UHGV virus genome: UHGV-1601204
Origin: a virus
Length of the DNA stretch: 19,317 nt
Direction: 5' to 3' (one strand)
Shown: positions 8,073-15,784 of the stretch, piece after piece
How positions within the stretch are numbered: the stretch's first letter is position 1
Layout of the letters: each line of letters opens with the position of its first letter
The notes under the pieces: generated by a model
What the model was told of the DNA's origin: nothing
Databases searched by the model: none
What the model saw: only the letters and a program-made list of their open reading frames with translations
Position numbers and translations under genes: made by a program

Positions 8073-9168
8073 ACGGCTGCGTGATGAATCAATTGCTCAT
8101 GCAGTCTGGATATCCCGCTATAGCACTGGCGTGGCTGCCAGAATGGTGAAAATACTGAATGACAGCGATGCGGAACTTACTGCTCGCCTGCTGATAGCAC
8201 TGGACAGCCTCGATCCAGGTAGTTTTACCGTTAAGCGCCTGGAGTCACTTCTGGCGAGCGTCAGAGAGGTTAACCGCACTGCTATTAACAGCATGTTTAC
8301 CAGTCTCTCCGGAGAGCTGAACGAGCTGGCAATTTATGAGGCTGGTTATCAGTTAAGTCTGTTTGATTCTATGCTACCTGATTTTGTTGCTGATGTTCAC
8401 CCTCTGGTTGGTATCTCTCCTGATGCACTTTATGCCGCTGCAATGGCGCGACCATTCCAGGGACGACTGCTCAGTGAGTGGGCCTCAGATCTTGAAGCGG
8501 ATCGGCTCAGACGCATAACAAATACAGTGCGTCAGGGTTTTTTGCTGGGGGATACCAATGAGCAGATCGCAAGAAAAATTCGGGGACATGTCAGTAAGGG
8601 ATTTCAGGATGGTGCATTGCAGATGAGCCGGGCTAATGCGGCCAGCATTGCAAAAACAGCGGTTGGACATCTTGCTGCTACTGCCCGTGAGAGTTTTGCC
8701 AGCGCGAATAATGATTTGATTAAGGGTAAGCAATGGTTATCAACGCTTGATAATCGTACTACGCCACAATGTCGAATCAGGGATCGCCTCAAATATACGC
8801 TGAATAATAAACCTGTAGGTCACAGCGTGCCTTATTTGCAGGGGCCGGGAAAAATTCATTTCTGCTGCCGCTCAACGGAAACGTTCATTCTGAAATCAGC
8901 GAAGGAACTGGGTATTGATGTTCGCGATATTTCCCCGGCTGAGCGGGCCAGCATGGATGGCGTGGTGGCCGGAGATACAACCTACAGGGAATGGTTTTTG
9001 CGTCAGCCTTACACCAGACAAAAACAGATTGTGGGGGAAACCCGAGCAAAGCTGATTCGGGATGGTGGTATGTCGCCAGATGAATTTTACACCGATAAAG
9101 GCGAATGGCTGACGCTGAAGCAGCTCCGTGAGCGTGATGCACAGGTATTCAGAAAAGCAGGGATTTAA
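8053..9168 (+). CDS. Head morphogenesis / minor head protein (Mu F / SPP1 gp7-like)
   Basis: 371-aa ORF overlapping the portal end by 20 nt, in the position usually held by the F-like minor head protein. Followed by a clear intrinsic terminator. Confidence 0.6.
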   Translation: MMQTVNERLRDESIAHAVWISRYSTGVAARMVKILNDSDAELTARLLIALDSLDPGSFTVKRLESLLASVREVNRTAINSMFTSLSGELNELAIYEAGYQLSLFDSMLPDFVADVHPLVGISPDALYAAAMARPFQGRLLSEWASDLEADRLRRITNTVRQGFLLGDTNEQIARKIRGHVSKGFQDGALQMSRANAASIAKTAVGHLAATARESFASANNDLIKGKQWLSTLDNRTTPQCRIRDRLKYTLNNKPVGHSVPYLQGPGKIHFCCRSTETFILKSAKELGIDVRDISPAERASMDGVVAGDTTYREWFLRQPYTRQKQIVGETRAKLIRDGGMSPDEFYTDKGEWLTLKQLRERDAQVFRKAGI

Positions 9169-9188
9169 ATAAATCATTTATTACAACA

Positions 9189-9215
9189 GGCTACCTTCGG
9201 GTGGCCTTTTTTATT
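9189..9215 (+). terminator. Rho-independent terminator after the head morphogenesis gene
   Basis: GGCTACC-TTCG-GGTGGCC hairpin (7-bp stem with one G-U wobble, UUCG tetraloop, 9189-9206), then TTTTTTATT (9207-9215). Confidence 0.7.
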
Positions 9216-9272
9216 GCTGCGATCCGGATGGTGAGCAGCGTAACTGTCGGAAGACTTAAACCAGGTACTAAT

Positions 9273-10037
9273 ATGAAACTGAAAACGGTCGAGATTAACG
9301 GAAAACAATACGCAGAAATTGATACTGCTGGCCTGCCAGTTTATGTGCACGACGATGGTAAAGAAATTGGCTTCGATGCACCGCTGGCGACAAAAAAAAT
9401 TACAGAGCTTAATGGCGAGGCAAAAAATCATCGCCTGGCTAAAGAAGCTGCAGAGGAAAAACTGGCTAAGTTTGCCGCTATCGAAGACCCGAAGAAGGCG
9501 ATCGAGGCACTGGAAATGCTGTCAAAAATCGACCAGAAAAAGCTGCTCGATGCGGGACAGGTTGACCAGGTTAAGGCAGAAATTACGAAAAATTTTCAGC
9601 AGCAATTAGATGAAGAAAAGCAACGCTCTCAGATGCTGGAGAAGCAGCTTTACGATTCTATGATTGGCGGTAGTTTTGCGGGTTCAAAATATATTGCCGA
9701 TAAAATTGCGATCCCGGCAGATTTATTACAAGCCCGCTTCGGGCAGGCATTCAAAGTGGAAGAAGGGAGGATCGTTGCTTATGACGCTTCCGGCAACAAA
9801 ATTTATTCCCGCGCGAAGCCTGGCGAACTGGCGCAGTTTGATGAGGCGCTGGAGTTCCTTGTCGAAAATTACCCTCAGAAAGACTACATCCTGAAAGCCA
9901 GTGGCAACAATGGCGGCGGCTCCCGTCCGACACAGCATGATATTGGTCAGAAAACGATGAAACGCTCTGCTTTTGATGCACTGGATGTTGCAGGTAAGCA
10001 AAACGCATTGAAAGACGGTATCACAATCGTTGATTAA
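9273..10037 (+). CDS. Putative scaffolding protein
   Basis: ORF between head morphogenesis and major capsid genes. Alpha-helical, charged, coiled-coil-like sequence (KEAAEEKLAKFAAIEDPKKAIEALEMLSKIDQKKLLDAG...). Start taken at ATG 9273 (MKLKTVEING), because the track's 9201 start lies inside the terminator. The start is uncertain. Confidence 0.55.
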   Translation: MKLKTVEINGKQYAEIDTAGLPVYVHDDGKEIGFDAPLATKKITELNGEAKNHRLAKEAAEEKLAKFAAIEDPKKAIEALEMLSKIDQKKLLDAGQVDQVKAEITKNFQQQLDEEKQRSQMLEKQLYDSMIGGSFAGSKYIADKIAIPADLLQARFGQAFKVEEGRIVAYDASGNKIYSRAKPGELAQFDEALEFLVENYPQKDYILKASGNNGGGSRPTQHDIGQKTMKRSAFDALDVAGKQNALKDGITIVD

Positions 10038-10135
10038 CACATTTGTCAGCTTCCGGATGGGAGCTGGTGTCAGGGCTGGATAGCTCATTACTCCATCTAT
10101 TCACAATTACGCAAATTTTTAAGGAATATTTAATT

Positions 10136-11275
10136 ATGGCTGGAAATACCCTGACCGGGTTGATCCCGACTATTTATACCGCCCTGGATGTTGTATCCCG
10201 TGAGCAGGTAGGTTTTATCCCTGCGGTAGCAAAAAACGCAAAAGCTGACGCCGCAGCAAAAGATCAGACGGTAACCGCGCCAGTTGCGCCTGAGGCGAAA
10301 ACCGAAGATATCGTACCGGGGCCGTCAGCTCCGAATACCGGTGATCAAAATATTGGCACTGTTGATGTAAAAATTACTAAATCCAAAATGGCACCGGTTA
10401 AATGGAATGGTGAAGAACAACTGGCTCTTGGCCCTTCAGGGACTTACAACACCATTCTGGCTGATCAGTTCAAGCAGGCTTTTCGCGCCCTTGCAAACGA
10501 GGTTGAGGCTGATCTTGGTGCGTTGTATTTCGGTGCTTCCCGCGCCGTGGGAACCGCAGGGACAACGCCGTTTGGTGTTAAAGATGATCTTTCTGATGCT
10601 GCTCTGGCTCGTCAGGTTCTGGAGGATAACGGCGCACCGACAACCGATCTGCAGATGGTGCTTGGCTCCACTGCCATTGCTAATTTGCGCGGAAAACAGT
10701 CTGTATTGTTTAAAGTGAATGAATCCGGCACTGAACAGCTACTGCGTGAGGGCGTGTTGGGGCGTCTGGAGGGATTCAATATTCACAGTTCGGCAGGTGT
10801 GAAACGAGCGCCAAAGGTTGCTGCAACTGGTTATCTCGTGAATGGAGAGAAAAAAGAAGGCGATGTTCTTATTTCCATTGATACTGGTTCGGGGAGTATT
10901 TCTGCAGGTCAGATTGTTACGTTCGCTGGTGATCCGAATCAGTATGTTGTGGCAGCAGCGACCAGCAATCTGATTACTCTTGCAGCGCCCGGACTGCGTC
11001 AGGATCTGGCCGATGATACTGCCATCACAGTTGTTGGGGCCTTTACTGCAAATATGGCGTTTGATCGCAACGCGTTTCTGCTGGCATCCCGTACTCCGGC
11101 AATGCCGGAAGGTGGCGATAATGCTGATGATGTAATGAATGTTACGGACCCGATTTCAGGGATTACGTTCCAGATTGCACTGTATCGTCAGTATCGCCAG
11201 GTGCGCTATGAAGTTGGACTGGCATGGGGTGTTTCATCAGTGAAGCCGGCACATGGTTGTCTGATTCTTGGTTAA
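10136..11275 (+). CDS. Major capsid protein
   Basis: 379 aa from ATG 10136, with SD AAGGA at 10121-10125 (the track's 10043 start is an upstream extension). Lies downstream of the scaffold and is followed by a strong terminator, as is common for highly expressed capsid genes. Family not confirmed. Confidence 0.7.
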   Translation: MAGNTLTGLIPTIYTALDVVSREQVGFIPAVAKNAKADAAAKDQTVTAPVAPEAKTEDIVPGPSAPNTGDQNIGTVDVKITKSKMAPVKWNGEEQLALGPSGTYNTILADQFKQAFRALANEVEADLGALYFGASRAVGTAGTTPFGVKDDLSDAALARQVLEDNGAPTTDLQMVLGSTAIANLRGKQSVLFKVNESGTEQLLREGVLGRLEGFNIHSSAGVKRAPKVAATGYLVNGEKKEGDVLISIDTGSGSISAGQIVTFAGDPNQYVVAAATSNLITLAAPGLRQDLADDTAITVVGAFTANMAFDRNAFLLASRTPAMPEGGDNADDVMNVTDPISGITFQIALYRQYRQVRYEVGLAWGVSSVKPAHGCLILG

Positions 11276-11285
11276 ACATTCAAAC

Positions 11286-11306
11286 GGGGCTTCGGCCCCA
11301 TTTTTA
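11286..11306 (+). terminator. Rho-independent terminator after the major capsid gene
   Basis: GGGGC-TTCG-GCCCC hairpin (11286-11299, all-GC 5-bp stem, UUCG tetraloop), then ATTTTTAA. Confidence 0.7.
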
Positions 11307-11317
11307 ATGGGGGGCAT

Positions 11318-11494
11318 ATGGCCGGATTAACTAAAGAGCAAAGAGCACAGCGTGAAGCCGCACAAAAAACGCAAATTGAGTTAGTGGTTATGGTGACCGA
11401 TTATCAGATGTTTCCCGGCGCACCAACTATCGCTAATGTTCATCCTGATGAAGTTGACAACTGGAAGGCTATGGGCTGGAAAACTCAGGAGTAA
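11318..11494 (+). CDS. Small hypothetical protein (58 aa), absent from the supplied ORF track
   Basis: ATG 11318 to TAA 11492-11494. My translation: MAGLTKEQRAQREAAQKTQIELVVMVTDYQMFPGAPTIANVHPDEVDNWKAMGWKTQE. A G-rich SD-like run (GGGGGG) sits just upstream. Its stop lies 4 nt before the next gene's ATG, and that gene's SD (AGGAG 11487-11491) is inside its 3' end. Confidence 0.4.
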   Translation: MAGLTKEQRAQREAAQKTQIELVVMVTDYQMFPGAPTIANVHPDEVDNWKAMGWKTQE

Positions 11495-11497
11495 CAC

Positions 11498-11893
11498 ATG
11501 ATCACTTACGTGACCTGTGATGACGTTGATAATGCGTTTGGGAACGCCTGGACGAGTGAGAACGCTAAAAATAAAGCTGTTTTAATGGCTAATGCCTGGC
11601 TTAATGGCTTCAACCTGAAAATTAACCCATCCCGTATTCCGGAAGAGGTAAAACTTGCGGGAGCATATGCAGCCAGAATTGCCTCATTCGGTAAGTTGTT
11701 TCAGCAGAAAAATGATTCTGGCGTTGTTATCAGTAAAGCCGTGTCGGCTGACGGGGTCAGTGTATCGAAATCATTTTCTGAGTTGCCAGCAAACAGCACT
11801 GCATTGCTTGAACCCGATTTACAGCTTGCGATAGCACTGCTGAAACCGTACGGACTTAGTCGCTCACAAGTCAGGGTTGTGAGGGGGGGATAA
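11498..11893 (+). CDS. Putative head-tail connector / head completion protein
   Basis: 131-aa ORF with SD AGGAG 6 nt upstream. First of four tightly packed small genes between the capsid and major tail genes. Exact role not resolved. Confidence 0.5.
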   Translation: MITYVTCDDVDNAFGNAWTSENAKNKAVLMANAWLNGFNLKINPSRIPEEVKLAGAYAARIASFGKLFQQKNDSGVVISKAVSADGVSVSKSFSELPANSTALLEPDLQLAIALLKPYGLSRSQVRVVRGG

Positions 11894-12276
11894 TGGGGCT
11901 TCGTGAAGAGATTCAGTCAGAGGTTGCCGCTGCTTTTGATGAGGATTTAGCGGACGCCGTGAGTGATTTTTCTGGTTCTTACGTTACGCACCGGCACTGG
12001 GATCCTGTGACGGAAACTGGCGGCGAATCCACCGCAATCTATACCGGGCGAGGCGTGTTGACACGTTATAAGCTGGGCAGAATTGATGGGATTAATATTT
12101 TGCATGGTGACCTTAAATTAACCGCTCTGGTATGCGAGGTTACGGATAAACCAGCTGTCGACCATATTATTGAGATTTATGATCCTGTATCAAGGCAGTT
12201 ACAACGATACGAGGTAATTACAGCAAGTGTAGATCCTTCCGCATCAGTTTACTCTATCCAGTTAAGGAGAGCGTAA
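11893..12276 (+). CDS. Putative head-tail joining / neck protein
   Basis: 127-aa ORF. Start overlaps the previous stop (TAATG) and follows a G-rich SD (GAGGGGGGG). Role assigned by position only. Confidence 0.5.
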   Translation: MGLREEIQSEVAAAFDEDLADAVSDFSGSYVTHRHWDPVTETGGESTAIYTGRGVLTRYKLGRIDGINILHGDLKLTALVCEVTDKPAVDHIIEIYDPVSRQLQRYEVITASVDPSASVYSIQLRRA

Positions 12277-12657
12277 ATGGCAAAGGCATGGGATATAGAA
12301 CCGTCAATATTTGCCGGGATGATTGAGGAAGATGTAGGGCTGAAGATTCGCTACATCGCTATTCAGATTCTTACTGCTATTGATATTGCTGCTCCGGTTG
12401 ATACCGGACGTTTCAGAAATAACAACCTGGTGTCGTTACAGCATCCCGATTTTGGTATATCTGATAACGTGGATCCGAACGGTACGATTGCTGTTCAGCG
12501 TGGGATCGGGGTTATTTCGAAAGCTGCAAATTACGGGGTTATTTATATCCAGAATAACCTTCCTTATGCAGAGGCTCTTGAAAACGGTCATTCACAACAA
12601 GCGCCAACTGGCGTGTATGCCAACGCTTTTCATGGTGTTTTACAGGCTTACAAATGA
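12277..12657 (+). CDS. Putative neck / tail completion protein
   Basis: 126-aa ORF with SD AAGGAG upstream. Role assigned by position only. Confidence 0.5.
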   Translation: MAKAWDIEPSIFAGMIEEDVGLKIRYIAIQILTAIDIAAPVDTGRFRNNNLVSLQHPDFGISDNVDPNGTIAVQRGIGVISKAANYGVIYIQNNLPYAEALENGHSQQAPTGVYANAFHGVLQAYK

Positions 12658-13046
12658 AGTTTACTGAAATCAGAAATACGGTTATTTCCAGAATGACGGC
12701 ACAGACGATTATTGATGGAAAAGACGTATTGTATCCGAACGGGCCAACGTTCGATCCTTCCGGTAAGTTAATCTGGGCGCGGTTAAGTAATATTCCCGGG
12801 CAAGCTGGAGTTAATGAAATTGGCGCGGGGCCGGTTGTTTATCGCACGGGGATAATCATTATTCAGTTATTTGTCCCCGCAGGTTCTGGTTCAAAACTCA
12901 TTACTGAGACAGCCGATAAATTGCGGGAACTGTTTGAGTTTCAGGATGACGATCGTCTCAGTTACCAGGCTGTTTCCTCAATAGCCGTCGGCGAAAAGAA
13001 TGGCTGGTTCCAGCTTAATCTTCAAATTCCATATCGCGCGCTCTAG
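12654..13046 (+). CDS. Putative tail terminator / tail completion protein
   Basis: 130-aa ORF. Start overlaps the previous stop (ATGA). Immediately upstream of the major tail protein gene. Confidence 0.5.
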   Translation: MKFTEIRNTVISRMTAQTIIDGKDVLYPNGPTFDPSGKLIWARLSNIPGQAGVNEIGAGPVVYRTGIIIIQLFVPAGSGSKLITETADKLRELFEFQDDDRLSYQAVSSIAVGEKNGWFQLNLQIPYRAL

Positions 13047-13072
13047 CGCAATTAATGACATAGGAGGCTCCT

Positions 13073-14035
13073 GTGAGTTCAGGTGCAAAGGTTATCTCGG
13101 CATTTATCCGGGAGACAGTTGCAGGCACTACGCCAGCAAGTGGTGACTGGAGTTTATTAAAACGCACAAGCTGGGGAGTAAAACCCACCCAGAATAAAGG
13201 CGAAAATAATGAGATTGGTGGCTCCCGGATGGCTCAGGGGGCGACGCCTGGCACTGTGGATGTCGGCGGTGATGTTGGTACCAAATTTCGCTGGGGTCAA
13301 CATGATGATTTTCTTGCATCCTGTTTCGGCGCGGAATGGTCAGGCGATTCTCTGACAATGGGGAATGAGCGAATAACATTTTCTCTGGCGACCTATGCGT
13401 CCGATGTCGGAATTGCCTCTGTCGTCAGAGGAGCGCAGGTTGGCTCATGGAAAATGCAGATCCCTAACGACGGCGATATTACAGCGACCGTAACCTTTGC
13501 CGGGCTGGGCTGGGAATCAAAGGCCGATGATACGAATTTTATCAAAGGCGAACCTGTGGATAGTGCAGGAAAGTTACGCTATTCGTTTAAGGCGGTTTCA
13601 GCAGTAAGCCTGAATGGTGTTGCCGGAGGTAACGGTTTTTGTATCGACAGTTTTGATATTCAGTTCGATAACAAACTCCAGACACAGCGTTGTATCGGGA
13701 CTGGCTCGCCTTATGCAGGAGCAAATATTCCGACTACTTTTACACCGTCCGGTACGGTGACGCTTTCATGGTCTAAAGCCGCGTGGGAAATCTGGAGTAA
13801 AACACTGACTGGAGAAACAGTTCCGTTCAGCTTCACGCTTTCGAATGGAGAGGGGGCATACACTTTCAGTTTCCCGAAGGTTCAGGTGTCAGGTGAATGG
13901 CCTGATGGGGGTAATACTGACATTATCCAGGTTCAATTGAGCATTACCGCAGCAGATGAAGCACCTACGATAACCAGAAAAAAATGCTCCCCGACTGCCG
14001 TGATCGCAAAAGCCAGTGCTGATGCGATTAGTTGA
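13073..14035 (+). CDS. Putative major tail (tube) protein
   Basis: 320-aa ORF with GTG start 13073 and SD GGAGG (13063-13067). Lies just upstream of the chaperone and tape measure genes. Ser/Thr/Gly-rich, beta-rich-looking sequence. Not lambda V-like. Confidence 0.6.
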   Translation: MSSGAKVISAFIRETVAGTTPASGDWSLLKRTSWGVKPTQNKGENNEIGGSRMAQGATPGTVDVGGDVGTKFRWGQHDDFLASCFGAEWSGDSLTMGNERITFSLATYASDVGIASVVRGAQVGSWKMQIPNDGDITATVTFAGLGWESKADDTNFIKGEPVDSAGKLRYSFKAVSAVSLNGVAGGNGFCIDSFDIQFDNKLQTQRCIGTGSPYAGANIPTTFTPSGTVTLSWSKAAWEIWSKTLTGETVPFSFTLSNGEGAYTFSFPKVQVSGEWPDGGNTDIIQVQLSITAADEAPTITRKKCSPTAVIAKASADAIS

Positions 14036-14047
14036 TTTTCCGTTATT

Positions 14048-14074
14048 CCCCCTGTGGTACTGCACTACAGGGGG
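14048..14074 (+). promoter_or_regulatory. Stable hairpin without a U-tract, overlapping the SD of the tail chaperone gene
   Basis: CCCCCTGTGGT (14048-14058) pairs with ACTACAGGGGG (14064-14074): 11-bp stem with one G-U wobble, loop ACTGC. No T-run follows. The 3' arm contains AGGGGG, the likely SD for ATG 14084. Confidence 0.5.
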
Positions 14075-14083
14075 ACGCATTGA

Positions 14084-14545
14084 ATGAGGTTATGGATGTT
14101 TATTCTTAATCAGAAAATTATCATCGGTGGAGAACGCTGGTTTACGCCAATGAAGGACTTAAAACCTATAGACGGGTTAAAACTGTTGGTGGCAAGCAGC
14201 GATAACGATCAGTATCGCTCCCGTAATGCATTAATCCGTCGTCACATTGAGAAAATGGATGCCAGTTTGCACGTCGGAACGAAGGAGTTTGATATTTCAA
14301 AGGTTTCCGAGGTAGATTCTGTTGATGATTTACTCATTGATAATGCTGCTCGTTATCTGCTGAAAGACTGGAAAGGGGTTGGTGAACTGGTTAATGGTGC
14401 TGAGGTTGCACTGGAATATACGCCAGAACGAGGGATCGCGCTGCTTAAGCAGAATCCAGAGTTGTACTGGCAGATCCTTGCAGAAGCAGCCAGCATCGCC
14501 CAGGGTAAAGAGCAGCAGAAGCAGGATACGATAAAAAAGCCATAG
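14084..14545 (+). CDS. Tail assembly chaperone (lambda gpG-like), zero-frame product
   Basis: 153-aa ORF between the major tail and tape measure genes. Ends ...DTIKKP with the slippery heptamer A_AAA_AAG in frame just before the stop. Alternative starts at 14093 and 14150. Confidence 0.7.
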   Translation: MRLWMFILNQKIIIGGERWFTPMKDLKPIDGLKLLVASSDNDQYRSRNALIRRHIEKMDASLHVGTKEFDISKVSEVDSVDDLLIDNAARYLLKDWKGVGELVNGAEVALEYTPERGIALLKQNPELYWQILAEAASIAQGKEQQKQDTIKKP

Positions 14546-14853
14546 CCGCCCAGCGGTGGTTATCGGAGTTCGGGGGAGAAAGGGGGGAAAAGGCAAGATG
14601 GAAGCGAGAAAAACTCAGGTTGCCACCGATACCGGAACCAGAAATAGACCCGGTGCTTAAGGAATTGTTGTACGCCTATTCGGTAATATCCCGTGCCCGA
14701 CGTTATGCTGGAATGACCGGGGTGCCTTTGCCTTTATCTCTGACAGAGATAAATGAATATTTAGCCACTCATCCGGTATTGATTGAGCGCGATGAGTTTG
14801 AAGCAGTGATCTTTGCACTGGATGACCAGTATTTTCAGGAGCAGTGTGTGTAG
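14084..14853 (+). CDS. Tail assembly chaperone frameshift fusion (gpGT-like), made by -1 frameshifting at 14533-14539
   Basis: The -1 frame from 14539 reads AIAAQRWLSEFGGERGEKARWKREKLRLPPIPEPE... and continues into the track ORF 14620..14853 with no stop (my manual translation). Predicted fusion about 256 aa. The G/GT frameshift is a conserved feature just upstream of tape measure genes in tailed phages. Confidence 0.6.
14533..14539 (+). promoter_or_regulatory. Programmed -1 ribosomal frameshift slippery site A_AAA_AAG (G/GT-type)
   Basis: Heptamer A AAA AAG at 14533-14539 in the zero frame of the chaperone gene (codons AAA 14534-36, AAG 14537-39), two codons before its TAG. The -1 frame is open from here through 14853. 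Confidence 0.6.
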
Positions 14854-14976
14854 TTGTTAATTACGTACACTCTGTTACAGAGATGTGATGGTGTCTTTAA
14901 TTAAATCGATGATGCTCCTGGAGAAAAGCATTGCGTGGCCTCGTAATCGCTATATCTACTATTATGTCGCCTGAAA

Positions 14977-14997
14977 CCCACTTCGGTGGGCTTTTTG
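14977..14997 (+). terminator. Rho-independent terminator in the gap between the chaperone and tape measure genes
   Basis: CCCAC-TTCG-GTGGG hairpin (14977-14990, UUCG tetraloop), then CTTTTTGTTG. Confidence 0.6.
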
Positions 14998-15016
14998 TTG
15001 TCTGGAGTTTTAATAA

Positions 15017-15784
15017 ATGGCAGAGCAAACCTCGCGTCTCGCAATAATTATTGATAGCACTGGAGCAAAAAATAATGCTGACAATCTGACCTCCTCATTA
15101 GTCAAAATGACGCAGGCCGGGGAAACTGCTGCAAATAGCGCAGGGAAAGTGACTAAGGCAACAGAAGATGAGAAGAACGCGCTCGCAAAATTAAAAGCAG
15201 CTATTGATCCAGTTGGTGCCGCAATTGATACTGTCGGTCGACGCTATTCTGAATTAAAGAAATTTTTCGATAAAGGGCTTATTGATAAAGAAGAATATGA
15301 ATTTCTTGTCCGTAAACTTAATGAAACCACAGAGGAATTGAGCGGGGTTGCGCAAGCGCAGAGAGAAGCCGAGAAGGCCGGAAAACTTGCTGCCGCCCAG
15401 CAGGAAGCGCAGACTCAGGCCTTTCAAAGAATGCTGGACAAGATCGACCCTCTGGCTGCGGCGCTAAGAAATCTTGAACAACAGCAGGATGAACTTAATG
15501 CTGCGTTTGCATCCGGGAAAATAAATGGTTCTCAGTTTGAGAATTATAGCCGAAAAATACAGGAAACACGGCGAGAGCTTACCGGAGAGGCTCAGGCAGA
15601 GCGAGAAGCAGCAAAAGCGCATGATGAACAGGTTGCTGCTTTGCAACGTCTGATTGCTCAACTTGACCCTGTCGGAACTGCTTTTAATCGTCTGGTAGAA
15701 CAACAGAAACAGCTCAATGAAGCAAAACCGGAATGTCGGCAAAACAAACGGCTTTTGCTATGCGCATGTTGCCTGCACAAATGA
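15017..15784 (+). CDS. H: Tail tape measure protein, N-terminal segment (frame-disrupted from the remainder)
   Basis: 255-aa ORF starting [14 protein letters not shown], resembling the start of lambda H (MAEPVGDLVVDLS...) from memory. Contains three roughly 75-80-aa coiled-coil repeats (IDPVGAAI..., IDPLAAAL..., LDPVGTAF...). Ends in a 17-codon out-of-frame tail ([16 protein letters not shown]) overlapping the next ORF. Confidence 0.6.

Noticed and set aside
6840-9177. Minus-strand ORFs inside the portal and head-morphogenesis genes (6840..7328, 7332..7604, 7723..7917, 8485..8733, 8604..8792, 8885..9142, 8896..9177)
   Set aside because: Antisense to tightly packed + strand structural genes. 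No evidence of expression signals. Typical shadow ORFs.
10043-10135. Track-suggested upstream starts for the capsid gene (10043), scaffold gene (9201) and the DxD gene (3143)
   Set aside because: These are longest-ORF extensions beginning inside terminators or lacking an RBS. Downstream ATGs with proper SD spacing (10136, 9273, 3164) were preferred.
15721-15784. Programmed ribosomal frameshift as the explanation for the tape measure frame change
   Set aside because: No X_XXY_YYZ slippery heptamer exists in the zero frame within the overlap, and tape measure genes are not known to need frameshifting. Mutation or sequencing error is more parsimonious.
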